The notes under the pieces were generated by a model. The model ran no database searches. It worked only from the letters and a program-made list of their open reading frames with translations, and was not told the origin of the DNA. Both the position numbers and the translations under genes were made by a program. DNA of 64,000 nucleotides, the filler included, from Reticulomyxa filosa (lineage: Eukaryota; Protista; Foraminifera): NCBI GenBank assembly GCA_000512085.1. It is 25 parts of 25 records of this genome, joined end to end, with 100 filler letters (N's around TTAATTAATTAA, not from the genome) between each part and the next. Parts side by side here need not be neighbours in the genome. Positions count along the whole stretch, not along the records: positions 21,823 to 25,161 come from ASPP01026186.1; positions 25,262 to 28,299 come from ASPP01027658.1; positions 28,400 to 31,653 come from ASPP01012176.1; positions 31,754 to 32,928 come from ASPP01043315.1; positions 33,029 to 38,969 come from ASPP01003314.1; 20 more parts are not named here. The stretch is one strand, 5' to 3'. Numbering within the stretch: position 1 is the stretch's first letter; each line of letters opens with the position of its first letter. Shown in pieces: positions 21,823 through 33,072 of the stretch.

Positions 21823-24800
21823 TTTCAATTATTAAAGATATGTTGATCAATGATATAAAGTCACATCTCGACCCCAGCAGAAATCTTTTCAAGTGGGATC
21901 TCTTTTTTCTCACTCCATGTTTGAACTATTTGTCATTGTCCTCCACAAACAATACATCTGGGGTTAATTTGTCGCAACGTTTTCAAAAAAATGATTATTT
22001 GGAATGGAAAGATAATGATTTGGATAAAAAAGTCATTTCTGTATTGCAAACGGATTTACGTATACGAAAATTAAATGTGATTGCTCCCAAGTATAGTGAA
22101 GAGTATGTCCTTGATTTGCTGATCATCCAGAAGGATAAGAAGCTGTCTCAATCCATTTTGGAATTTTTATTCTCACAAGATAATGAGATATGGGACCATG
22201 TCTGTTCAAATAGTGCCGAGAAGTGTTGGGAAGTTATGCTTATGGTATTTCAAGCGGATTTTGAACAATGGAGTCGATATTTCGAGCAGCTTAATACGCT
22301 TGGTATCTTTGAAGGAGGTGGACTTGGCTCTTCATTTTTAAGTAAATTCCAAATCGACACTGAATTTATCAAATTAGTGGAGTCACCTAAAAATTTTTTG
22401 GCTTTCCTGGCGTTTATACAACAACAAAAGATGATGTAATGCTTTTCTGGCTTTTTTTCTTGCTCTGTATCTACGAATTGTTACATAACATTGCGCAAAA
22501 ACTAAAAAATACAACAGTTGGAAGTACGATTATCAATTGTTGACCACAATTGAGAACTGTTATAAACAAGTAGATTACTGCGAATCCGTTGTGTTTCGTT
22601 TGATTGATATCTTGTGGAATGTTAACAATTTTTGTCTCTTTATATTTTGATCTCTTTCTCCAATTTTAATTAAGCAAAAAAAATATAAAAAAAGAAATTA
22701 AATTTAGAAAGCCAACCATTAAGCGACAAAGTGAATGAGATTACCACAAACTTGTTGAAAAAGGGTACAATCACTTTCAAAAATTTGGAAGTCTGGATTC
22801 AACTTTTCAGTCATAACGTTAAAAAAAATGAAGATAAATGGGAAGATCTACTTACTGAATCGTTAAAAAACTGGTGGCTTCCTGAAAATTTTGGTGAGAA
22901 ATTCACTGGCACGTGTTATCATCGCAAGGTGATATGGTTCTTCCATCCTTCTCGGTACAATAAAATTGAGAAAAACTTTCGCAAAGTATTTAAGGAGCAG
23001 ATGGAACTAAAAGTCAATCATTTTTATTTTGACAACAAATGTTGGGATGAAGACTCTCGTAATGAGCTGAAAAACTATGCCGTTGAATCACTTTCAAAGC
23101 AAGATGGCAGTACCAATGAATGGCTGTGGCTGTTGTCATTTATAATCAAAATTCCCACTAGAGAGTATTACCAAAACAATAACTATGAATTTTTTGTTTA
23201 TCTTGTTGACGAAGTTACAGGACTACTAAATAAAATAAAAAATACTATTACAGCGATGCATCATTTTGGGTAAAAAAGAACATTGTTTCTAAAGCAGATG
23301 AAAGAAAAAGTTCACAAAATGAGGCAAATGAACATGACACTGAGTTATTCAAGGGCGAATTGGAATATTGCGCCGCATGTTTTGGATGGAAAGAGGTATT
23401 GACCGATCATAAGGAAATAGAAATTCTTCGTGAGTTGTGGACGTTTATCAAAGAAACATTGGACACATTGGATTGTGCCATCAAAACTAATAAACTTACT
23501 TTTTCACTTTGTGATTTCCTAAAAAAGGATGAAAATGAAGCGCGCATTCGTAAATTGGGTGAAGATATAATTGACCTGTCAAAGTTAGACATTGAAATGG
23601 AAAAATTCGTCAAATATAAAAAATTGGCAGACAATTTTATGATAGTTTTACAAAGATATCTATCGACAATTCCTGCTAAATTAAATGCATTTTACGAGTT
23701 TTGTAGAAACTTGGACCATCACTATCTTTCGGATATGGAAATCAAATTTGAAGAAGAACAAAAATTGTTGAGTGATTTTAGTAAGGAATTTCAGTTGATG
23801 GTATCTAGGGCCGACGGTAAGTTGTTTCATAAAATGTGGACCATAAGACAAGGAGAATACGCTATCAGTCCAATTTCCACTATCAAGGATATCGTAGGTG
23901 TATTTAAACAAGCAGATTTGGACTGGAATAGTTTGGTTTCCAAAATTAAGGAGAAAACGTTGCAATATGCTGATTTAGAACCATACAAAAATATTACATG
24001 GGAATCAGAGACAAATATTTTTTTTTCCAATCCTGAACTCCAAGAAAAAAAAACAACGCTCCAAAATATTGAATACGCCTTTTGTTTCTTGCAAACAGAG
24101 GAGCACTGGAGACTATTAAAAAGAGCAATCACGATAATTCAAAATACCCCTAAACATAAAATGATTACAAAGGATAAAATATGGCTGGATTTTGTAAAAA
24201 TCATTGAGCAATCGGAAAAAGACGAGAAAGAAACACTAATAACGGAGGCATCGAAATGGTATTTGGAATGTCAGAGCTGTTTTGGTGATATTTCAGATAA
24301 AAAAGATGTGTTGGAATCCATTTGCAATAATGAGAAAAAAATTCAAGATTTGGCAACCAATGAAATTTTTATAAATCAAACACAATTTGAATTTGCAATG
24401 CAAAGGATGGATGACTCCCAAAATCAAAAGTTTCGCCACTTGGCTGCTACATTACGTGACATCAATCAAAAAATGAAAGATAATATTTGGAATAAACAGT
24501 TTTCATCGAGTTATGAATTAGCAATATGTGTACTTGCACTCCTTAAGCAAAGTAACAATGATTTTGGTAAACGATTGAAAAATTGCTTGGAGATGGATTT
24601 TGAAGAGCTTTTTCGTTTGGTCAAGGAAGGAGATCAGTTGTCGGTAGTGAAGGGGTTCGAGCAATTCGAACGGGCAGGTCAAACAGGCAGGTGGGTATTG
24701 GATGATTATGAGACAATGTTTGGTCTTCATCAATTGAATGTTATTTCAAATTTTTCTGCAAATATTAAGCCAAAAATGAACAAATATGAAGGATTGACTT

Positions 24801-25161
24801 TGCAATTCGGAAAAAATCCTTTGAATTGTAACCTCATTGAGCACACGCTCGATCGATTGAAGCTTGGTTTGACAAGCGAAGGAAAAAAAAAAATTGAAGC
24901 AATTATTTTGCAATATGAAATTTGTAAAGATATTTATGCAATTCGAATTGACTATTGGGAAAGAGGCGGACGTGACAAAAAGGAAAAGTTGATAGTGCGA
25001 GCCATAGATCCCATCGAAACATTTGAAAAAGAAAAAAAAGGATGGATAGATAGATTGGATAAATGGAAAAAAGAGTGTCTTTCATTGCGGAATAATTATC
25101 CTGGTCTCACCTATTTTACAATGAATGAAGCACAACATTTAATTGTAAAAATGGATCAAAT
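21823..25161 (+). CDS. Large helical protein fragment, RNF213-like (region preceding the AAA+ core)
   Basis: Long exons (21840-22439, 22731-23273, 23360-25161); terminal WIDRLDKWKKECLSLRNNYPGLTYFTMNEAQHL resembles the W..R..Y.LNY(F/Y)T..Q..L motif of RNF213-like proteins. Confidence 0.5.
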
Positions 25162-25521
25162 NNNNNNNNNNNNNNNNNNNNNNNNNNNNNNNNNNNNNNN
25201 NNNNNTTAATTAATTAANNNNNNNNNNNNNNNNNNNNNNNNNNNNNNNNNNNNNNNNNNNNGATTTTGTCAGATAAAACTTTGTTACATATATCAGTATT
25301 TACTCAATCTTCCACTTTGCAAGCGTAATTTATTCATAATGCTCCAAAACATGTCCAGACTAAAATGCTTCCACCAACAAATTTTGTTCTTTTTATGGAA
25401 TTTTCATCTAATGGTTGTCAATCAATATTTTGGCAACAAAATAATCAAAATGATAAAAATCAATATTGAACATAAAAAAAAAAGGAAAATATCAAAAATT
25501 GTTTTAAAAAAGATTGTCAAA

Positions 25522-25768
25522 TTTCATGGCTACGAGAAAAACATGATTGTCAACTTTTTTAAAGAAATTTTACCAAATCAACTGAAAGATTAAAATTTTT
25601 GAAAAAATTATAAAGACCTAATAAAAAACCAAAATGATATTTAAAAACTACACCATTCGTAGATATTTTTTAAAAAATTTTGATTAAATATTATCTTTTC
25701 ATTTAGAAACACAATAATCTCTATAAGGTGGCATTTTATGTGTAAAATTTCTTTTTTATTCTACTGTA
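25522..25768 (+). repeat. Repeat family A, copy 3
   Basis: High similarity to 1132-1361; ends ctACTG|TA. Confidence 0.8.
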
Positions 25769-25926
25769 GTTAATAAACTTGATACAGAATTGGAGTAAAA
25801 TTTTTTTTCTTTGTGATACATTCTTCTTGTTTAGTTAGTAGCTGTACTGTATATTGATCAAAATTTCAATTAAATCACACAAGATATTTGCACTGCGTTC
25901 ATACTAGTATCAAATGTTTTTTTTCT

Positions 25927-26492
25927 TCAATGGTCTATTCTTGTCTTTGACCTCGGATTTTTCTCATCAGGAGGATTGTTTATCATATAAGTTTTGGTTT
26001 TATTTTGTGAAGTGTTTTTGCCTTTCCAACCACAACACATACACAGCTGCACTAACTCCGTTTTTTTTTATTCACTTTAGTTCGCATCTCTGGATATTTG
26101 CATTGTGGACACAGAACAAACTCGTTGATATATTCTTGCAAGTCCTTTTCAAGATCACTTGCTTTATGCACACCGTTCAGAGTACTCACCATACGCTTGC
26201 GATCAAATTGAGATATTGTATCACATTTATCACCGAAAAATTTTGTTAACCCTTTTTTTTATTAATGTGAATTTTGAGTTGGTTTAAAGACAATCGAATT
26301 TCTGTGTTTATTTGTCCGTTGATTTACTAAACAATCTGTTTGTGTGCGCAGCACGTTGCATATCTCAACAATGTTGACTAGAACTGTCTTGATACCGTTA
26401 CCTCTTCCTTCAATTTTAACTTGCAAGGATGGCCTTTTATAACAGTAGAAAACCTCATTCTCATTTTCTCCTATATTAACAAATTTTGACAT
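25927..26492 (-). CDS. eIF5-like N-terminal-domain-only protein (one intron, one homopolymer frameshift; possibly a pseudogene)
   Basis: FYCYKRPSLQVKIEGRGNGIKTVLVNI...LTKFFG...LNGVH...YINEFVLCPQCKYPE; after a frameshift at the 9-nt run 26061-26069: CMCCGW...YMINNPP...stop at 25927. Confidence 0.8.
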
Positions 26493-26870
26493 TATTCAAA
26501 ATTATTTCCAAACTTCAAGTTTTTTCCTTTTTCCAAAGTTGTACTAACACTTTTTACCTGCCTTTCTTGAATTTTGGACAAATTGCTAATTTTGTTAAAT
26601 CAAAAATTTGAATAATTGTATGATAACAGTTTGTTAATAGACATGTTCAATCTGTTTGTCATATCTCTCCTTCATTGTTTTGTTGAAAATTATTGATAAT
26701 TTCACCACATAGTAGTTTTAAAGTAAATTATAGAGTTATTATTAAACTGTTTCAATGTTCTACAAAAAAAAGGGCTGATGTTATGTGAAATTCAATAATA
26801 TTTGTCATTTATTGAATATTCATTTTCCAAATTATTCAGTTGTGATATCTACTGTAGAGAGCTACACTAA

Positions 26871-27066
26871 TGTAATACGAAAAGGTTTTACTCGAATTGA
26901 GAGTGGCTTTCGGTAAAACAAAGTAAATTAAATAACCAAAATGAATAAATCAATAAGTAAAAAGAAAATAAACAAGAAGTGAAGAAAAGTTGGTGGATAA
27001 GTTAAACCAATGGTAGCTCCTCAGTTCAATAAGGGTCCAGCCACGTGTAATAAGACTTGCCCTACA
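26871..27066 (-). repeat. Dispersed repeat family B (TGTA...TACA, about 197 bp), copy 1
   Basis: Reverse complement TGTAGGGCAAGTC...TTAATTTACT...TTCGTATTACA aligns with 46703-46898 and 37616-37814. Confidence 0.75.
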
Positions 27067-27229
27067 CAGTACACGTTATTAAATCTGATTCAAGATTGCA
27101 ATTATTAACTGGCAATTGAAATATAATTCTTGCTAAATCAAGTCTTTTGAAAAACCTTTGATCATTTATGTTGAGTTATAATTGTAGGATCAAAAACCTG
27201 TAGCTTTGAAAAAAAATGTCAAAACATTT

Positions 27230-27740
27230 CAAGTAAATTAAGAATGTCTTTTAAATTATTCAACACTTCACCAGATTCTACATTCCAAAGACTGATTTTT
27301 TCATTTGATGACACAATTATTTTACCATCTGGTGAAAAGTGTGTACTCAATGCACCTTCTGAATGTCATAATAAATGTCTTATTTCTATTCCAAAATTTA
27401 CATCACATAGCCGTATTGTGCTATTTGTGAACATGATATTATATTTTCAATTTGAGAAAAATCCACGTCACATATCTGATAAAAACAACCTTCAATTTTT
27501 ATTATTTCATTTCCTGTATTAGTATCCCATAGTCGAATTGCTTTATCTACTGAACACGAAACAATAATATGTTCATTGGTGAAAATCTCGAAAAGATTAT
27601 ATCATTATGTCCCTAAATTCGAAGTTGTATCCCCGATTAAACATCTCATATTCGAATAGTTTTGTCGAAATAATCTTGTGATCATCTGCAGAAAATGCTT
27701 ACTATACTTTTATTTGTTTGTAAGACCATTAATGATTCAA
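27230..27740 (-). pseudogene. Degenerate WD40-repeat gene
   Basis: Fragments DKTIRI*D, IVSCSVDKAIRLWDT, HFSPDGKIIVSS...SLWNVESGEVLNNLKDI with stops and frameshifts. Confidence 0.7.
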
Positions 27741-28557
27741 AATCTTTTACATATTTAAAAATATAGATTATATAATAATAATCATTACATGTAATAAAAA
27801 AAAGCATCACTTAACATAGTTGATAGTAATTTTGGTTAAAATCATCAATCCATTATAATCTTATCTTTAAACTTCGAATTCAATGTTAAATAATAATTTT
27901 TATTTCAATTCTTGACTGTTGATTGCTTGCAATAATCAGGTTAAAAAAATTTGAAAGATTACAATGAAGCTTACCGGCTGTTGTCTATTCATTTACTCAC
28001 ATTTGTCTTCATGTGGATTGATACTATTTTTTTTATTATTACAAACTTATAGTTTATCAAATCGAAAAATATTATTATTTTCGTCATATTCAATTGATAA
28101 TCCTGCCTTTTTGTAAAACAATAGTATTTCATAATTTTTTTTTCGTTATTTGCTTTTATCATTTTTGTCCACTTAAATTGAAAAGGTTGTTAAACAGATA
28201 AATTATGACACCAAATTGAACACTCTGTCTTTTTTTTTCTAACTAAAATTTATATAGAATTAAAAGATCATTAAAAAATTTGCTAATTCTCAAACAATCN
28301 NNNNNNNNNNNNNNNNNNNNNNNNNNNNNNNNNNNNNNNNNNNTTAATTAATTAANNNNNNNNNNNNNNNNNNNNNNNNNNNNNNNNNNNNNNNNNNNNT
28401 TGTTATCCTTTTGAAAAACGCACTCTTTGGAAGAAGCAATGAGAAAAGGAGAAGGAGGGGAAAAAGGATGAGAGGAGATACGAAGGAAAAAAAAATAAAA
28501 AAATACTACTCACATTTTTTTATTTTTATTATTATTATTATTTTTTTTTTTGAATAG

Positions 28558-30055
28558 ACACAACAAGCCGTGTTCCACTATTTGGCAGTTTATTTTAAAG
28601 GCTCCAATGATACTTTCATCACCGATGACAACCCATCAGAAGCGGAAAAACAATTCAATTGTTTGTGTCTCTCTTTTTTCTGTTTGTTGAGTGGCGCAAA
28701 TAATTGTTTGGTTTGTGCTTGACATTTGAATGACTTTGATCAAAGATAAAACCAAGTCCACCAGCAATGTGATTTGGGTAATTGATAACTTGCAATCTCT
28801 TTTTATATTGTGTGTGTTGTTGTACAATTACTTGCATTGAGTGCAATCCAACTTTGTTCTCTGGCTCTGAAAGGAATGGCAAGATGACAATACAAAGTGG
28901 AGTCCATATCCATCCGATCTTATCGCCAAATTAGAAGATGCCAAAGTGGGAGCGAGCGTTAAGTAGCAAATATGTGACAAGTTTCTTGTTTTTTATTGTT
29001 GTGGTGATGGTGGTGGATAATTAGATTGTATATGTGTGTGTGGCTCTTACAACTGCGAATGATACGCTCGATGGCTTGCTATAGGTGTCATACAAAAACC
29101 CAAAGAGTGGAACCGAGTATTTTGTTGTGAAAACCAGTGACTGGGAGGGATGTCAGCTTCGAGCAAAGACGAACAAAAAGCGAGATATACGACGACGTCT
29201 TCAGAATAACAGTTACATTTGTTTGTGTACGAATGTCGATGTAAATGCTTTAAGTTGATGTGCCATCGATTTATGCAAATAGAATTCAGTGGCAACAATT
29301 GGGACTTTTTAAGTCGTCTAAAAGGTTCTAATACAGATTATTCGTGGGTATGTTTTTTTTTTAATACAAAAATAGAGACATGCATGTGCAACTTTTGAAA
29401 ATTGTTTAAACAAAAAAAAAAAAAAAGGAATACGAAGACGACAATGGAAAACTTGTACCACTTGACCAGACTGCAATGAGACACATTGAGTTGGCGAAAG
29501 TTGGAGACAAGGTAAGGACGAAGCGGTTTTTTGTCTTTTGTTTGAACTTTTAATTAATTTGTTTCGTGTTTGTGTAAAAATCATGTAAAGGTGCAAGTGC
29601 AGAGTGGACAACATATATATGAGATCGAGAAAATCACTGATGACAGCGCATGGCAGACGAATATCGCAACTTCGAAGAAAAGACAAGTCATTCGAAAGAG
29701 CTCAAAAAATAAAAAAAACTCTTGGGGTGTGTATAAAAAAAAAAGCTTGGGTACTAATTGATTGAATCCTTGTGAAAAAATAGAGTGGAAAGATGTTGAC
29801 GACAACTTCAAGCCTTATGATCCCAATTTGTCGGAGCAAATTGAAAAAGCTCCGACAATGACGAAAGTTTTGTGATTTACAATTTTTTTTTTGTATTAAC
29901 GTTTTTAAAATCTTGTCCTTTTTTTACAGACGTATGTAACAACGAAAAATGGAAATATGTACGAAGTGATCAAATTTACACATACAACCGGAATTCAAAC
30001 AAACACGGTGACTCACAGCGTGAAACAAATTCGCAGAACCTCACCAAATGCATAA
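28558..30055 (+). CDS. Tandem WWE-domain protein, many short 3' exons
   Basis: Spliced: VIW/EWQDDNTKWSPYPSDLIAKLEDAK; EYEDDNGKLVPLDQTAMRHIELAK...YEIEK...QTNIATSKKRQVIR; EWKDVDDNFKPYDPNLSEQIEKA...YEVIK...QTNTVTHSVKQIRR*. Confidence 0.8.
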
Positions 30056-30909
30056 AAATTGAGTGTTTTCTAGAGTGGTAATTTGAAAGTTGTTGGAATT
30101 ATTTCAATTAACAAAGTGTAAACAACAACAAAACGGTTCTCCTGAAACACGCACAACTTTCAAAAAAACTCACAACTGCACAATTTTTTCCCCGATTTTG
30201 CGCGTCTATCAAATAAAGAACAAGAAACAAAATGGTGTAAAAATATGAATAAATAACGGCAAAAAAAATGTGACAGATCGCTAGCATTCTCTCTTATAAA
30301 AAGAAGATGGAATGACTCTGATTCTGTCTTTTATTCTTTGCACCTTATCTACACTCAAATTGAATTTGAATGCTGATCGAAGTATTGCTAACAATTAAAA
30401 ACAACACCCCAAATCAGTAAAGCGCATTAAAAAACCAACAATCTTTCTTTTGTTAACTGTTTATATTATTTGCTTGCGTAAATCTTTCATCTCTTTTTAC
30501 TTATAAAAAATACTCACGAAAAAACGCACTAGTTTCTTTTTAAAAAGACTGCGCTGGCCATTTTAGTTTTCAAAGTTTATTATTCTCAACAACATGCCAG
30601 CGTTTTTCGTTCATTCAACATGTGGGCTTAAAAAAAAAATTTTGAAAACGTCTCAAACAAAAACAACTTTTTAAAAAGGTCACACGTTACAACCCCCAAT
30701 TTTAGAACTTGTTCTAGGAAAGAAGCAGCAATAGCAAGATTTTGCCAACATATACAATGAAAACGTATTGATAAAAAATGAGGAGCAATGAAGAGATTAA
30801 AAAAAAAAAACGAAAAACACGATTATCGCGCAATAATTAGGAAAAAAAGTAAAGGCGAAAAACAGAAAAGTTGTGTATTAAAAAAAAAAGCTTTAATATA
30901 ATCGAAAAC

Positions 30910-31653
30910 ATGCTCGAACAGCCTCAACTAACACAAGGAACACAAGAAGCACGAATAAGCTATACATATTCTGACGGTGTAGTTGACGAGCCGACGCCAA
31001 AATTGATAGACACGCCGTCACTTGACGAGAAAGAAGAAAAGAAGAGCGAAAGCGACGACATATCAGCTCAAGCGAAAGTGATTCCGCGAATGGTGCCCCC
31101 AAAGCAGTTGCACCCGGTAGCAGTTGTGTCAGTGCCCTCGAAAAAAAGTTTGGCCCTGATAAAAGAGAACAGTGTGATATCCCCATTTCCGACAATGGTA
31201 AATGAAACGAAAAGACAAAGTAATCTGACCGTCCCAAACGACGTAGGGAACTCTCCATTTCCTATCCGAAGCACATCATTCAGTCCGACATCATTGTATG
31301 TTTCGTCCTCTTTGCGAAGCAATCCGACAGCAGAAGAGACGGAACTGAACAACGCGGAAAACAAAAAGAGAAGCAGAGTACTGCTATGTTATGAAATAGC
31401 CTTATTACTGTGCCTAATTTATAGCGTGTTGATGTTATTAATAGTCGAATTGAAATATGACGGAGGGGGAGATCACACATGTACAACTAGTCAATGGCTA
31501 TATGCCCTTGTCACTATTATCGCAATCATTCTTTTGTTTTTGGTCTTTTCTTTCATTGCCGTGCAAATATGTTGTTTCAAGTTTATGTTGAATCGTCCGG
31601 CACTTGCTTGTTGTATTCAAGTTGAGGAAGGAGGAGTGGAGGGGGGGGGGGGG
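30910..31653 (+). CDS. Membrane protein, 5' fragment
   Basis: Disordered N-terminus, then two hydrophobic helices (VLLCYEIALLLCLIYSVLMLLIV; WLYALVTIIAIILLFLVFSFIAV). Confidence 0.6.
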
Positions 31654-32422
31654 NNNNNNNNNNNNNNNNNNNNNNNNNNNNNNNNNNNNNNNNNNNNTTA
31701 ATTAATTAANNNNNNNNNNNNNNNNNNNNNNNNNNNNNNNNNNNNNNNNNNNNAGCAGCTCAAAAATTAGTATTTTTGAACAATTTTTCAAATGTTGTGA
31801 AAAGCTTGAAGATGTATTGAATCTCAACAAAAAATTCTTACAAAACGTTGAATCAAGCATCAGGGCTATTTCACAATGGTTTGAAAAGAACAACAGTCGT
31901 GGCGTAGTATAGAAATGCTATTAGAAAAAAATGGATTGCAAATACTAACCCCTTTCCTGTCCAAACTTGGTGTGAGTAGCATTGCACAATTAAAATTTAG
32001 AGATGAGAAGATATTTGGAGATAGATTTTCTAAACCCTTACTTCAAAAGGGCAGATATCCAAAAATTGGAAGATTTTTGTCAAAGGTTTTGTTGTTTTTA
32101 AAATAACAATTTTATTGACAAATAAGTTATCTTAAAAAAAAACTTCAACGAATACAAAAGCAAAGAAATTTGTACATTGAGTGTTATTTCAAGGTCTTGG
32201 ATAAGTTTCTTATCTCGCAAATATCGACAAAAAACACTTTTAGTTCATTGCATTAATGTGAGAAAGAAACTTAGAATTCACTTAAAAAAAAAAAAAAAAA
32301 TTTATAATTCTCGAAAAGAATTAATCAGTACACTTTTGTATATAGTGAAATCAGCTACTTTGCGCCAGGGAGTGCTCTTTTGAGCGGATTTTAAAACGAT
32401 TTCTTATTCAAACAAAGCGAGA

Positions 32423-32926
32423 TTAAGGCAATTTGTAGCTCTTGCCAATTTTCTCTTTCAATTTTAACACTTGCACCAATTCCGTGCTTCTCTTTTGATA
32501 CTCAAACATAGGTTTCAACACCACGACAATTTCACCTACAATGCCAATTGCCTCCTTGTCCTTTTGTTCCAAGGAGATGATCACATTCCATTTCATATCC
32601 ACATAGGCAGCGGGGATATGTAATTTGGTTTTGCTTACTTCGCGATAATGCTTTCCTTTTTTCATTTCGGCAAATTGATTCAAGCATCTCATTAAAGGCA
32701 GTTTTGAAGCTGTCGAAGCATTGGCATTGGCATTGGCGTTGGCATGGTCCGTTTCAAGATCATCGGTTTTGGATAATGTTTCCACGCCTTTCCAATAGTC
32801 TTCAATCGACGAAAATGTTAAGGTGCATCTTACCATATCCACCACTTGGGCCGTCGTAGGGAATTGGCTATCGCGATAATAATTGAACGCCTTCTCACGA
32901 ACGCGTTGGACCGTTTTCACTGGCCC
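32423..32926 (-). CDS. RelA/SpoT-synthetase-like nucleotidyltransferase domain, C-terminal fragment
   Basis: GPVKTVQRVREK, VVDMVRCTLTFSS, RCLNQF, AYVDMKWNV, IVGEIVV in the order expected for RSH synthetase motifs. Confidence 0.65.
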   Translation of the reverse strand, partial: GPVKTVQRVREKAFNYYRDSQFPTTAQVVDMVRCTLTFSSIEDYWKGVETLSKTDDLETDHANANANANASTASKLPLMRCLNQFAEMKKGKHYREVSKTKLHIPAAYVDMKWNVIISLEQKDKEAIGIVGEIVVVLKPMFEYQKRSTELVQVLKLKEKIGKSYKLP

Positions 32927-33072
32927 AGNNNNNNNNNNNNNNNNNNNNNNNNNNNNNNNNNNNNNNNNNNNNTTAATTAATTAANNNNNNNNNNNNNNNN
33001 NNNNNNNNNNNNNNNNNNNNNNNNNNNNTTTTTTTTTTTTTTTTTTTTTAGGGGCGGGAAAAAAAAAAAAAG

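Noticed and set aside
5728-32926. Defence island made of NLR-like, IS, RNF213-like, WWE and RelA/SpoT-like genes
   Set aside because: Each lies on a separate contig; adjacency comes from concatenation, so no linkage can be claimed.
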